From Candidatus Dadabacteria bacterium (GTDB lineage: Bacteria; Desulfobacterota_D; UBA1144; Nemesobacterales; Nemesobacteraceae): a DNA stretch of 64,000 nt. Shown in pieces: positions 1 to 14,261 of this stretch (position 1 is its first letter; each line of letters starts with the position of its first letter). The stretch covers positions 18,508 through 82,507 of the forward strand of contig OX638332.1 in assembly GCA_951812735.1 (NCBI GenBank), in the 5' to 3' direction. The notes under the pieces were generated by a model. The model was not told the DNA's origin. It did not search any database and saw only the letters and a program-made list of their open reading frames with translations. The translations under genes and the position numbers were made by a program.

Positions 1-1270
1 CGGTGGACTTTCTTTTTTCCATGTATTCGGCCGGCTCCTCGGAGAGCACTCCGAGCACCCCGCATATCTCCTTTATCTTCTCAAGCGCAAGGGTGGCGCT
101 TTGAGTCTTTCCCACGGAGTCAAGCGACCTGTTGATCGAGCGTATCAGGTCAAAAAGGTTTCCTACCACGTCGGCGGTGTTGAAGTTGTCGTTCATCGAG
201 GAATGAAAATCCTCCTCGAATTTCCTTATCGAACTCTCAAGCCCGAGGTCGGAACCCTTGGCTTCCCGCGCCTCCGCTGCTCTTAGCAGGGTGAGATATA
301 TTCTCTCAAGCGCCGCCTCGCTGTCATACATGCTTTTTTCCGAGAAATCGGCGGGGTTCTGGTAGTGGTGCGAGAGAAAGAAAAGCCTTATGGCCTCGGG
401 GGACCATTTCTTCGTCGCTTCGGAGAGAGTGAAGAAATTCCCCAGGGATTTTGACATCTTTTCCTTGTTTATCCTTATGAGGCCGTTATGAAGCCAGTAC
501 TTTGCAAACGGTTCGCCCGAGGCGGCTTCTGACTGGGCTATTTCGTTTTCGTGGTGCGGGAAAATAAGGTCCTTTCCCCCGCCGTGTATCTCGAAATTTG
601 TTCCCAGGTACTCCATGCTCATAACGGAGCACTCTATGTGCCAGCCGGGTCTTCCGTCTCCCCAGGGGCTTTTCCAGGAGGGTTCGCCGGGTTTTGACTC
701 CTTCCAGAGCGCGAAATCAAGAGGGTCTTCCTTTTCTTCGTTTACGTCTATTCTCACGCCCTCGAGCATGTGATCAAGGGATCTTCTGGAAAGCTTTCCA
801 TAATCGGGGAATTTCCTTACGGAGAAAAAGACATTGTTGCCCGAGCGGTAGGCAAAGCCTTTTTCGATTATCTTCTCTATAAGTGCCGTTATCTGCTCCA
901 GGTGTTCTGTTACGCGGGGCTCGGCGTCGGGAGTCTCAACCCCTATTGAGGCCATATCGTCTTTGTACTCCTTTATGTACTTCTCGGATATCTCCTCGCA
1001 GCTTATCCCTTCCTGATTTGAACGGGTTATTATCTTGTCATCTATGTCGGTGAAGTTTCTCGCGAACAGGACGTCGTAGCCGGCGTATCTCAGAAATCTC
1101 TGTATCACGTCAAAAGACACTGCGGAGCGGGCGTGTCCCAGATGAGCTGAGTCATATACCGTGGGACCGCATACGTACATCCGGATCTTGTCTCCTTCAA
1201 ATGGAACGAGATCTTCTTTTTTCTGCGAGAGAGAATTATAGATTTTTATTCTGGGAGGTTCTTTTTGCAT
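1..1270 (-). CDS. cysS: Cysteinyl-tRNA synthetase (3' end runs off the window)
   Basis: Manual translation from ATG at 1270: [19 protein letters not shown]...[18 protein letters not shown] (HIGH-type motif), [35 protein letters not shown]. Not in the ORF track because it is truncated. Confidence 0.96.
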   Translation of the reverse strand, partial: MQKEPPRIKIYNSLSQKKEDLVPFEGDKIRMYVCGPTVYDSAHLGHARSAVSFDVIQRFLRYAGYDVLFARNFTDIDDKIITRSNQEGISCEEISEKYIKEYKDDMASIGVETPDAEPRVTEHLEQITALIEKIIEKGFAYRSGNNVFFSVRKFPDYGKLSRRSLDHMLEGVRIDVNEEKEDPLDFALWKESKPGEPSWKSPWGDGRPGWHIECSVMSMEYLGTNFEIHGGGKDLIFPHHENEIAQSEAASGEPFAKYWLHNGLIRINKEKMSKSLGNFFTLSEATKKWSPEAIRLFFLSHHYQNPADFSEKSMYDSEAALERIYLTLLRAAEAREAKGSDLGLESSIRKFEEDFHSSMNDNFNTADVVGNLFDLIRSINRSLDSVGKTQSATLALEKIKEICGVLGVLSEEPAEYMEKRKST

Positions 1271-1468
1271 GTTTTCGGGGAGATTGAAACGGGGTTTCTT
1301 TGCCCTGCAGTGTTTTTCGAAAGGAAGATTCTACGTACTCGTTTCCTAAATTCAAGGGTAGAGCGCCTGTGCGCAAGATGGCCGAGAACCTTTTCTCGGA
1401 ATCCGGGGAAAGATTGCGGATTGCTGCTTTGGGTCTAAAGTTTTTTCTTTGGAATGCAAAAAAAGTCC

Positions 1469-1496
1469 TTGCCAAACCAAAACCGTTCGTTAGTAT
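1469..1496 (+). promoter_or_regulatory. Putative rrn P1 promoter
   Basis: TTGCCA (1469-1474), 16 bp, TAGTAT (1491-1496), preceded by an A-tract (UP-like). Confidence 0.5.
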
Positions 1497-1554
1497 GATG
1501 GTTCACTCTTTATTTTTCACTTGGAATTTGTTTTATTTTCCTTGTTCTTTTAAG

Positions 1555-1582
1555 TTGACAATTACGTGTGGGTAAGTAAGCT
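1555..1582 (+). promoter_or_regulatory. Putative rrn P2 promoter
   Basis: TTGACA (1555-1560), 16 bp, TAAGCT (1577-1582), with T-rich upstream sequence. Confidence 0.6.
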
Positions 1583-1602
1583 ATTTTACCCATTTTGAAA
1601 AC

Positions 1603-1620
1603 TGATCTTTGAAAATTTAA
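1603..1620 (+). promoter_or_regulatory. boxA-like antitermination site in the rrn leader (second copy in the spacer at ~3473-3490)
   Basis: TGATCTTTGAAAAT in the leader and TGATCTTTGACAAT upstream of 23S resemble boxA TGCTCTTTAACA. Confidence 0.65.
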
Positions 1621-1672
1621 TAGCAGATGATAGCGGGCGAACTAGAGCAGTATCCGTAAATTCTTTTAAACT

Positions 1673-3211
<1,539 letters not shown>

Positions 3212-3290
3212 TTCACGGAGATATCTGTCTTTTTTTCGCTCGCCATCTGCTTTTTATAAAAAAGTATTTTTGCTGCGCTTAAACGCAACG

Positions 3291-3367
<77 letters not shown>

Positions 3368-3371
3368 TCCA

Positions 3372-3444
3372 GGGGGTGTAGCTCAGTTGGGAGAGCGCCT
3401 GCTTTGCAAGCAGGAGGTCGACGGTTCGAGCCCGTTCACCTCCA
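3372..3444 (+). tRNA. tRNA-Ala(TGC)
   Basis: GGGGGTGTAGCTCAG...TTTGCAA loop...GGTTCGAGCCC...CACCTCCA; CCA not encoded after the discriminator. Confidence 0.97.
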
Positions 3445-3550
3445 TTAAAAAAAGAATTTCTGAATGCTTTTTTGATCTTTGACAATTGAATATAACGCTG
3501 AGAAACAGAATTGATCGTGTTGTTAGTATTATCGAGGATTTTCATGCCTC

Positions 3551-6500
<2,950 letters not shown>

Positions 6501-6625
6501 GAGGCTTGAAAATTCTCGATAGCAACACAACACACAATTTCTCAGCGTTATATTCAGTTGCCAAGGATTTTTCCCCAAGTTGAAGGCGACTTTTCATAAG
6601 CAATGCTTCCACCTGAAGGTGTTAT

Positions 6626-7048
6626 CTATTGCGTTTCCCAGGGATTTGTGACCTTGACATCCAGTCCGGCAAAATCCTCCGTATTTCGCGTTGCGACCGA
6701 GAGGCAATGAGTTTTGGCCGTTCCCGCAATCAGCGCGTCACCCAGATGCAGCACGCGGCCGGACCTGCGAGCTTGAGACCGGAGTCGCGCTGCCAACTCC
6801 GCTTCTTGTCGGTCCAGCGGCAAAATACGCTTTTCGTATTCTATAATAAATTCTGCCAACAGTTTATCTAATCCATGACGACGCTTTCCCTCGGGAAGCA
6901 ACTGTAGGCCGAATTCCAGTTCATGCAGAACGACCGGCGACAGCCAGAATGAATCCTTCTGTTCAAATATGAATTTCATGACTTCCGGATCCGGGGAATC
7001 TTTGGTCAGTTCCGATATAACGTTGGTGTCAAGAAGATAACCTTTCAT
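6626..7048 (-). CDS. vapC: VapC-family PIN-domain toxin
   Basis: YLLDTNVISE...E...GDALIAGTA...ATRNTEDF acidic PIN motifs; overlaps the antitoxin stop by 4 nt. Confidence 0.93.
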   Translation of the reverse strand: MKGYLLDTNVISELTKDSPDPEVMKFIFEQKDSFWLSPVVLHELEFGLQLLPEGKRRHGLDKLLAEFIIEYEKRILPLDRQEAELAARLRSQARRSGRVLHLGDALIAGTAKTHCLSVATRNTEDFAGLDVKVTNPWETQ

Positions 7049-7326
7049 TCAAGATCATTCTCATCAATGAACGGGATTTCGCGTCCAGGTTCGCGACGGT
7101 CGGGGACCGGGAGGTTTGTCCCCCTCGGCATATTTTCGAGTAACCACTGCCCCATAGGCTTTTTAGATGACTCTTTGACCTGCCACAAGTCGGAGGGTAC
7201 AAGAATGAAGGACCTCCGTACTCCAATACGCTGAGGGCCCTCTGTCTCGGCAAGCCTCAGTATTTCGGAGAGTTTTGCCTTGGCCTCGGAGACGGTCCAA
7301 ACGCGCTGAGTTTTAGAAACGTTCAT
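7045..7326 (-). CDS. Phd/YefM-type antitoxin
   Basis: WTVSEAKAKLSEILRLAETEGPQRI Phd N-terminal motif; GGAG SD; coupled upstream of vapC. Confidence 0.85.
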   Translation of the reverse strand: MNVSKTQRVWTVSEAKAKLSEILRLAETEGPQRIGVRRSFILVPSDLWQVKESSKKPMGQWLLENMPRGTNLPVPDRREPGREIPFIDENDLE

Positions 7327-7427
7327 GGTAGCAACTCCTCCAGATAATATATACTAGTCTAGTGTAGTCTATTATATATACTAGGTTTTTATTATCAACC
7401 CCGATCATTTATAATATTAAGCCTGTC

Positions 7428-8909
7428 ATGAATATCTCCGACCTGCTTACCCATCTGGGAGCAATGGCGATTACGGCCTTTGCGTTGTTCTACTACCTGA
7501 CCAGGGAAAAAAGCGGGCGAGAGTCCGCCGAAACCGAGTTATCCATTATCAGAACCGAACTGCAGGAATCAAGGAGTAGAGGCACCTCGCTGGAAGAGGA
7601 GCTTAAAAGTTCGGCTAAGCTTGTAAGCACCCTTAATTCCGAAAAAGCCTTCCTTGAATCTGGCATAAAGGAAAAGGCGACCGCTCTTGCGGACCGTGAT
7701 TCCAGAATTTCCGGGTTCGAAAAGCAGATCAGGGACCTAAATTCCCAGCTTACGGAGAAAGAAAGCCTTCTTTCAAGGCTCAATACGACCATAGAGCAGG
7801 AAAGAAAGAGTTTCGAGGAAAAACTGGCCATCCTGGATGAGGCGAAAAAAAGACTCGGTGATGAGTTTGAGAACCTCGGGAACAGGATTTTCGAGGATAC
7901 GACCAAGAAATTCACCGATAAAAACAAGTCGGATATGGAAACCCTTCTAAATCCCCTCCGCGAGCAGATAAAGGATTTTGAGAAGAAAGTCACCGATACC
8001 CACACTGAGGCGAGCACCGACAGGGCCTCCCTCAAGGTTCACATAGAGAATCTTAAGAACCTTGGGGAACAGATGAGTCGCGAAGCCGTTAATCTCACTA
8101 CGGCCCTGAAGGGAGAATCGCAGACCCAGGGCGCCTGGGGGGAAATAGTGCTTGAGAGGGCGCTTGAGATGTCGGGTTTATCCGAGGGCAAGGAATATCA
8201 CTCCCAGCTGAGCTATAAGGGAGGTGACGGCAATACCCTGAGACCTGACGTGATTGTTCATCTTCCCGAGGGCAAAGACGTTATAATCGATTCCAAGGTT
8301 TCACTTACGGCTTATGAAAAGTACGTGTCCTGCGAGGATGAGGATGAGAAAAAAGATTATCTCAGGCAACATCTTCTCTCGTTTCGAAACCACATAAGGG
8401 AGCTTAGCTCCAAGGGATATCAGGATATTCCCGGGATCACGAGTCTTAACTACGTTTTGATGTTCGTTCCGCTTGAATCCGCTTTCATGCTGGCCATAGA
8501 GACTGAGAGTGATCTTTACTCGGAGGCTTTCGAGAAGAATGTGATAATAGTCTGTCCCTCGACTCTTCTCGCGACGCTGAGAACCATACACAGCATCTGG
8601 CAGTTTGAGTACCAGAACGCGAACACCAGGGAAATAGCCGAAAGCGCCGGGAGGATGTACGACAAGTTCGTGACTTTTGTTGACCACCTCGAAGAAGTCG
8701 GAAAGCGGATAGAACAGTCCGATCAGGCTTACCAGAAGGCGATGGGCAGCCTTCGCGACGGGAAGGGCAACCTGGTAAAAAGAGCTTTGGATCTCAAGCA
8801 GTTGGGAATAAAGACCTCAAAAGAACTTGACCCGGATATCTCGGAGAGATCCGGGCTCTCGGGACATCCGGTTTCTTGCGGCGAAGAGGCGGAAGACGGG
8901 TTGTCGTGA
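7428..8909 (+). CDS. rmuC: DNA recombination protein RmuC
   Basis: N-terminal TM, coiled coil, QGAWGEIVLE, RPDVIVHLP...IIDSKVSL, YVLMFVP, CPSTLLATLRT. Confidence 0.93.
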   Translation: MNISDLLTHLGAMAITAFALFYYLTREKSGRESAETELSIIRTELQESRSRGTSLEEELKSSAKLVSTLNSEKAFLESGIKEKATALADRDSRISGFEKQIRDLNSQLTEKESLLSRLNTTIEQERKSFEEKLAILDEAKKRLGDEFENLGNRIFEDTTKKFTDKNKSDMETLLNPLREQIKDFEKKVTDTHTEASTDRASLKVHIENLKNLGEQMSREAVNLTTALKGESQTQGAWGEIVLERALEMSGLSEGKEYHSQLSYKGGDGNTLRPDVIVHLPEGKDVIIDSKVSLTAYEKYVSCEDEDEKKDYLRQHLLSFRNHIRELSSKGYQDIPGITSLNYVLMFVPLESAFMLAIETESDLYSEAFEKNVIIVCPSTLLATLRTIHSIWQFEYQNANTREIAESAGRMYDKFVTFVDHLEEVGKRIEQSDQAYQKAMGSLRDGKGNLVKRALDLKQLGIKTSKELDPDISERSGLSGHPVSCGEEAEDGLS

Positions 8910-8987
8910 TCCGTCGGATTTAGGAAAAGGAGGGGAAATCGTGTACGATTCCACCCTTAATTTCCATATCTAAAGGAGTGAAGCAGA

Positions 8988-9788
8988 TTGTTTGAAAATT
9001 CTCTTAAGGGCAGTTGGGCGCTCGTGCTCGGTTCTTCAAGCGGCTTTGGGGAGGCATGCAGTCTCGAGCTTGCGCGCCGTGGAATGAATATTTTCGGCGT
9101 ACACCTTGACCGAAGGGGCACCATGGCGAAGGTAGAGGGCATAGTGGAGGAGATAAAAAGCACGGGAAGCGAGGTCAAGTTCTACAACGTAAACGTGGCC
9201 GACGCCGAGAAAAGGCAGGAAGTTATCGCGGATGTAAAAGACGTGGTGCAACAAGACGGTTCCCAGGTAAAGGTAATGATACACTCCGTAGCTTTCGGGA
9301 CGCTCAAGCACTATATTGCGGATGAACGCAAAGACGTTCTTAGCACCAGGAACATCGACATGACGCTTGATGTAATGGCCCACAGCATCGTTTACTGGGC
9401 GCAGGATCTTGTTATGGAGGGATTGATGGGCGAGGGCGGAAGAATATTCGCCATGACGAGTGCGGGGAGCCACCAGGTCTGGCCCACATACGGCGCGGTG
9501 TCGGCCGCCAAGGCGGCCATAGAGGCCCACATACGGCAGCTTGCCGTTGAGCTCGCGCCCCGCGGAATTACCGCAAACTCAATAATGGCCGGGGTAACGG
9601 ACACTCCGGCGCTGAGAAAGATCCCGGGAAACGACAAGCTGATCGACTACGCTCTCAGGGCAAATCCTTCGGGAAGACTGACTACCACCGAAGACGTTGC
9701 AAAGGCCATCGCGCTGCTCTCCCTTGACGAGGCCTCCTGGGTCACGGGTAACGTTATAGGGGTTGACGGCGGGGAAGACCTTGTTTAA
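8988..9788 (+). CDS. fabL: Enoyl-ACP reductase, FabL-like SDR
   Basis: GSSSGFG cofactor motif, Y-x6-K (YGAVSAAK), TDTPAL; TTG start after AAGGAG. Confidence 0.7.
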   Translation: MFENSLKGSWALVLGSSSGFGEACSLELARRGMNIFGVHLDRRGTMAKVEGIVEEIKSTGSEVKFYNVNVADAEKRQEVIADVKDVVQQDGSQVKVMIHSVAFGTLKHYIADERKDVLSTRNIDMTLDVMAHSIVYWAQDLVMEGLMGEGGRIFAMTSAGSHQVWPTYGAVSAAKAAIEAHIRQLAVELAPRGITANSIMAGVTDTPALRKIPGNDKLIDYALRANPSGRLTTTEDVAKAIALLSLDEASWVTGNVIGVDGGEDLV

Positions 9789-9818
9789 TGGGTCTGCTTG
9801 GTATACAATTCAAAAATC

Positions 9819-10241
9819 ATGTTAAGTTATCGCAGAAGCACGGATATTGACCTAGGAATTTTTCTGCTCAGAGTGGGTTTCGGCTTCTCAATGCTGATTT
9901 TCCACGGCTACGGAAAGCTGATCGGGGGGCCCGAAAAATGGGCTAAAGTCGGAGGGTCATTGCAGACTTTCGGTATTGATTTTTTCCCGGTTTTCTTTGG
10001 TTTTATGGCGGCTTTTGCCGAGTTTTTCTGCTCGGCCTTCATAATCGCGGGAATTTTCTTTATGCCCGCGACTTTTCTTCTGTGCGTTAACATGATCGTG
10101 GCGGTTCTCTTCCACCTGTATCTTCCGGAAGAGTCATCTGCAGCGGGATGGCAAGGGGCTTCAAACGCGATTGAATATCTTTTCGCCTACGTGGTGTTGA
10201 TGATTACCGGTCCCGGAAGGTACAAGATAAACCTGGGCTGA
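9819..10241 (+). CDS. DoxX-family membrane protein
   Basis: LLRVGFG...HGYGKL...AEF...GPGRY; four TM segments. Confidence 0.85.
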   Translation: MLSYRRSTDIDLGIFLLRVGFGFSMLIFHGYGKLIGGPEKWAKVGGSLQTFGIDFFPVFFGFMAAFAEFFCSAFIIAGIFFMPATFLLCVNMIVAVLFHLYLPEESSAAGWQGASNAIEYLFAYVVLMITGPGRYKINLG

Positions 10242-10303
10242 CGGTCTTCGTTGGTTTTTTCATCCAAACAACCTTTGGATTTTTAGAAGCGTAAGCTATA
10301 ACC

Positions 10304-11539
10304 ATGTCCAAAAACAGTAGAATCAGGTCCCTTATCTTATTTGCAGCTACAATGTCAGCCGCTTTGTTGCTGTCCGGCTGCCAGACTCTTAATTGGAACG
10401 AAAAATGGCAAAGCAACTTTATTGATCAAATGGCTGTGGCCAGAGACAGTCAGATGCTTAAAAACCTGGTGCGCATGCGCTATGGAACACCGCCTGTATT
10501 TACAACTGTTGGAACGGTAACGGAAAAATACAAACAGGCACCGAGTCAAGTTTCATTAACCGGCGCGGTAACCAGCGTCCTTGGTTCCTCAGTAGATGAT
10601 AGCGCGAAAAGCGAAAATAACCTCTTAGGGCAGGTGGGAATAGGTGGCACCCGTGAAACTACCCTTCAATACAGTCCGCTTGTCGGCAAGGAACTGAATG
10701 AGACCATGAATCAACGTTTGGGACTGGGGACGGTATTTTATCTTACCCAGTCGGGGTTTTCGATAGAACGCGTTTTGGCAATAACGGTTGAGCGTTTTGG
10801 CCCTGCGTTAAATGCCCCGTTTGCATCCGGACCTACCCCGGATTATTTGCCAAGTCAGGAAGAATTCAACAGATACGAAGCTATACTTGCCGCATTAAAA
10901 GATTTGAGACAACAAAATAAAATAAGATTTCTCAATGCCAGCCCTGATGAGATCTGTCCCTCTCCCGAAAACAAGAAAGAAGAATCACCGAAAGAATTAA
11001 TAGCCTGCTTTTTGGATGGCGACTTCGACTGCTCGTGCGAAAACAATAATGACCCGCAATGGAAAAAGTTGACGGACCTTTTGGAGGTTGAAGATGGAAG
11101 AGGAATTTTAATACTGACCGACTCTGAAACCAGGATCAGTTCCGAAATAAAAGTGAGAACCCGTTCATTGTTCGGAATAATGCATTATCTGTCGCAGAAC
11201 GTAAAAGTACCCGATAGGGACAGGGAAATAGTCAAAATTTCAAAGATCAGCAACAGTGAAGGTTGCAGTAAAGAAGGCGAAAAGCGAGATGGTTGGGACT
11301 GCAGTCCCGCTGGACAGCGATTCGAAGTCATGTCAAGCGATACGCGACCTCAGCTGATTTGTTCAAGTCCCCGAACTGATGGAGACTGTGCTTCGGTCGT
11401 TGCCAGACATAACGGTCACTGGTTTTACATCGACGCCAAGGACCATAGCAGTAAAGCAACTTTCGCGCTGCTGACAAAGTTATTTGAGATACAAATCTCT
11501 GGCAGGGAAACGAATCAAGGCATTTTTCTTGTTCAGTAA
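10304..11539 (+). CDS. Uncharacterised lipoprotein
   Basis: Lipobox LSGC; conserved-looking blocks MLKNLVRMRY, NAPFASGPTP, RSLFGIMHYLS, HWFYIDAKD..SK.TF. Confidence 0.8.
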   Translation: MSKNSRIRSLILFAATMSAALLLSGCQTLNWNEKWQSNFIDQMAVARDSQMLKNLVRMRYGTPPVFTTVGTVTEKYKQAPSQVSLTGAVTSVLGSSVDDSAKSENNLLGQVGIGGTRETTLQYSPLVGKELNETMNQRLGLGTVFYLTQSGFSIERVLAITVERFGPALNAPFASGPTPDYLPSQEEFNRYEAILAALKDLRQQNKIRFLNASPDEICPSPENKKEESPKELIACFLDGDFDCSCENNNDPQWKKLTDLLEVEDGRGILILTDSETRISSEIKVRTRSLFGIMHYLSQNVKVPDRDREIVKISKISNSEGCSKEGEKRDGWDCSPAGQRFEVMSSDTRPQLICSSPRTDGDCASVVARHNGHWFYIDAKDHSSKATFALLTKLFEIQISGRETNQGIFLVQ

Positions 11540-11652
11540 CCTTACCCACTTGAGCAGAAAGATATGGGGGTTCATGTAAAGCGGAGTCAGGGCAGTAAGG
11601 AGATCAGGAATCGGCAAGCTCCGCTCTGGGTAAAGAAAGCTTCAGCGACGCG

Positions 11653-14184
11653 TTACCAGGTGTCGTCTGGTACCTTTTCGAGGTTTGTTTTTATTACCCG
11701 AAGAAAATTCATTCCCATTATTTTCTCCACGATCCCAGCGGGATATCCTTTACCGAGAAGATACTCAGAGAGTGCGGGAAGTTCGGATATGTGCCTCATC
11801 TCCTCGGGGAAATCTTTTATGGGTGCCCCGTCCATGTCGGTTCCCACTCCCACGTGATCTTCGCCGCAGACGCTTATAATGTGGTCTATATGGGCGTATA
11901 TATCCTCCAGGGTGGCCAAACCTTCTGCCTGCCTTAGAAATTTTCCGTAGAAAACGACCCCGATCACCCCGCCTCTTTCGGAAATGGCGCGAAGCTGCTC
12001 GTCACGAAGATTTCGGGGGTGGTCCACAAGGGCTCTTGAATTCGAGTGGGTCGCGATGGGTATGAGCTCGGTGAGTTCCACGCTTTCCCAGAAACATTTT
12101 TCGTTCAGGTGGGAGAGATCAAGCGTGATGCCCAGGGCGTTCATCTGCCGTAGAAGCTCCTTTCCCTGCGAGGAGAGTCCCTTTTTGCTTTCGGGCCCGG
12201 ACGCGTAGATGTTCCTGTTGTTCCAGGAGAGTCCGACCGCCCGAACACCTCTTTTTTGGTATTCGAGAAGATGTTCCGGGTTCGATACGGGGTCCGCTCC
12301 CTCCATGAGAGTGAAAAACCCGATTTTCTCCCCTTCGCTCAGCGTGTCTATGTCCCTTCTGTGTTTTATCTGAAAGACGCTTTCTGAGTGCTCCCGGTAT
12401 ATGTCATCGTATACGTCAAGCTGGGCCATGGCCTCCGCTACTGATCCCCCGGGTTTATGCTTTGGGTGAATGAAGATGGTATTGAAAACGACCCTTGCCC
12501 CGCTCTGTTTGAGGCCGGGCAGGGTTATCATGCAGGGAACCTCGGGATTCTCAAAATCCCTTTTGTAGTGGCGTATGTGAAAGGCTATGTCCTGGTGGGC
12601 GTCGATGGTGAAAAAAGTTGTCGAGGCAGGAGTTCCCCATCCTCCTCCTCCCGGAGTCTCGATCTTCACAGCTTCTCCGGCCTTTACAGAAATAGAGCAT
12701 TTCGCGGGCAGTTTTTTCTCTTCTCCACCCGACACAAGAGTGTTCTGCCCGCTCTTTCCGTCTTTTCCTCCCCGGGCTCCCCAGGGCCGTTTCTCCCTTC
12801 TCTCGGTTATAAGGGAAACATGGGAGTCCTCAAGGAACCTGTACTGTCTTACGATTCCATCCCCGCCCGGGAACCTGCCTTCTCCTCCGGACCCCTTTCT
12901 TACGGAGTACGATTCCACCATTACGGGTAGTTCCCTCTCGATCGCCTCAACCGGGGTATTAAGCGTGTTTGTCATGTGCGTGTGCACGGCGTTTGCTCCT
13001 TTTGCGTCTGAGCGCCCTCCCATTCCGCCGGCTATGGTTTCGTAGTAGGCGTAGGAGGAGTCAGGAGGGGTATTCTCCGGAGAACCGAACGCCAGATTGC
13101 TCATTGTTCCAGCGCTTGCCGCCTGTATAGTTTCCGGGATTGCCTGTGCGAGCGCTCCGAACACCACGTCAACTACCCTCTGGGACGTCTCGACGTTCCC
13201 GCCGACAACCGCGCTTGGGTATCGGGCGTTCAGAATGGAGTCCTCATCGACTTTGATTTCAATGGGCCTGAGCGTCCCAGAGTTAAGGGGCGTGTCTTCG
13301 CCCGAGAGGCACTGAAAACAGTAAAGAACCGCGGAGGTAGTCACGCTCAGGGGAGTGTTAAGACATCCCCTGACCTTTTTAGAACTTCCCCTGAAATCCA
13401 CGGTTGCGCCGCCCCCGTCTATTTTTATTCTTACCTTTATGGGTATGTCCCTTGTTCCCGCTCCGTCGTCTTCAAGATAGTCGGAGAAGACGTAATCGCC
13501 GTCCGGTATTTTCCCTATGGCTTTTTTCATAAGCCTCTCCCCGTAGTCAAGAAGCGCTGAAGCCGCAAGGTTTATTTTCTCTAGAGAATGCTTTTCAAGA
13601 AGTTCGCGCATCCTTTTCTCCCCGGTGTCAAGCGAGGCTATCTGCGCCCGAAGGTCCCCCTCTCTTTCCTCATGATCCCTGGTTGAGAGAATTATTTCCT
13701 GTAGCAGGGTCTCACGCAGAACTCCCTCTTCACGTATCCGCGTCGGAGGTATTATAATCCCCTCTTCGTGTATCGTTGTTGAAAGCGGCATGGATCCGGG
13801 GGTGGTGCCTCCTATGTCAGCGTGGTGGGCGCGCGAGGCGAGCAGAAACTCGGGGTTGCCGTCAACGAACACTGGCGCTATGCACGTTACGTCCGGCAGA
13901 TGCGTTCCGCCGCGAAACGGATCGTTAAGAATGAAAATGTCTCCCGGGGAGAGGTTCTCCGTCGCTACCGATCTCGCGGCAAACGACATTGATCCTAGGT
14001 GTATGGGTATATGGGCAGCTTGGGCGATCATATCCCCGTCTGAGTTGAATATGGCGCAGGAGAGGTCCCTTCTTTCCTTTATGTTCGGAGAGAATCCGGC
14101 TCTTATCAGGACCGAGCCCATCTCCTCGGCGATTGTTCCGAGAAGGTTGTTGAAAATCTCGAGTTCAAAGAGTTTGAGTTCCAT
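11653..14184 (-). CDS. Hydantoinase B/5-oxoprolinase subunit fused to an M19 (membrane/renal) dipeptidase domain
   Basis: aa 1-517: NDPFRGGTHLPD, HHADIGG..PGS, ETPGGGGWG. aa ~525-843: IDAHQD, MEGAD, DLSH, THSNSRAL..HPRN, GTDMDG. Confidence 0.88.
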   Translation of the reverse strand: MELKLFELEIFNNLLGTIAEEMGSVLIRAGFSPNIKERRDLSCAIFNSDGDMIAQAAHIPIHLGSMSFAARSVATENLSPGDIFILNDPFRGGTHLPDVTCIAPVFVDGNPEFLLASRAHHADIGGTTPGSMPLSTTIHEEGIIIPPTRIREEGVLRETLLQEIILSTRDHEEREGDLRAQIASLDTGEKRMRELLEKHSLEKINLAASALLDYGERLMKKAIGKIPDGDYVFSDYLEDDGAGTRDIPIKVRIKIDGGGATVDFRGSSKKVRGCLNTPLSVTTSAVLYCFQCLSGEDTPLNSGTLRPIEIKVDEDSILNARYPSAVVGGNVETSQRVVDVVFGALAQAIPETIQAASAGTMSNLAFGSPENTPPDSSYAYYETIAGGMGGRSDAKGANAVHTHMTNTLNTPVEAIERELPVMVESYSVRKGSGGEGRFPGGDGIVRQYRFLEDSHVSLITERREKRPWGARGGKDGKSGQNTLVSGGEEKKLPAKCSISVKAGEAVKIETPGGGGWGTPASTTFFTIDAHQDIAFHIRHYKRDFENPEVPCMITLPGLKQSGARVVFNTIFIHPKHKPGGSVAEAMAQLDVYDDIYREHSESVFQIKHRRDIDTLSEGEKIGFFTLMEGADPVSNPEHLLEYQKRGVRAVGLSWNNRNIYASGPESKKGLSSQGKELLRQMNALGITLDLSHLNEKCFWESVELTELIPIATHSNSRALVDHPRNLRDEQLRAISERGGVIGVVFYGKFLRQAEGLATLEDIYAHIDHIISVCGEDHVGVGTDMDGAPIKDFPEEMRHISELPALSEYLLGKGYPAGIVEKIMGMNFLRVIKTNLEKVPDDTW

Positions 14185-14261
14185 ACGGGCAAAATAATAA
14201 CCAATTTAAGGATTGCCCGTGTGAGCAGTGGGATTCGGAGTGATAGTTAATCCCGGGGGCG

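Noticed and set aside
3372..3444. tRNA-Ala and tRNA-Arg lacking encoded CCA
   Set aside because: Common in bacteria with a CCA-adding enzyme.
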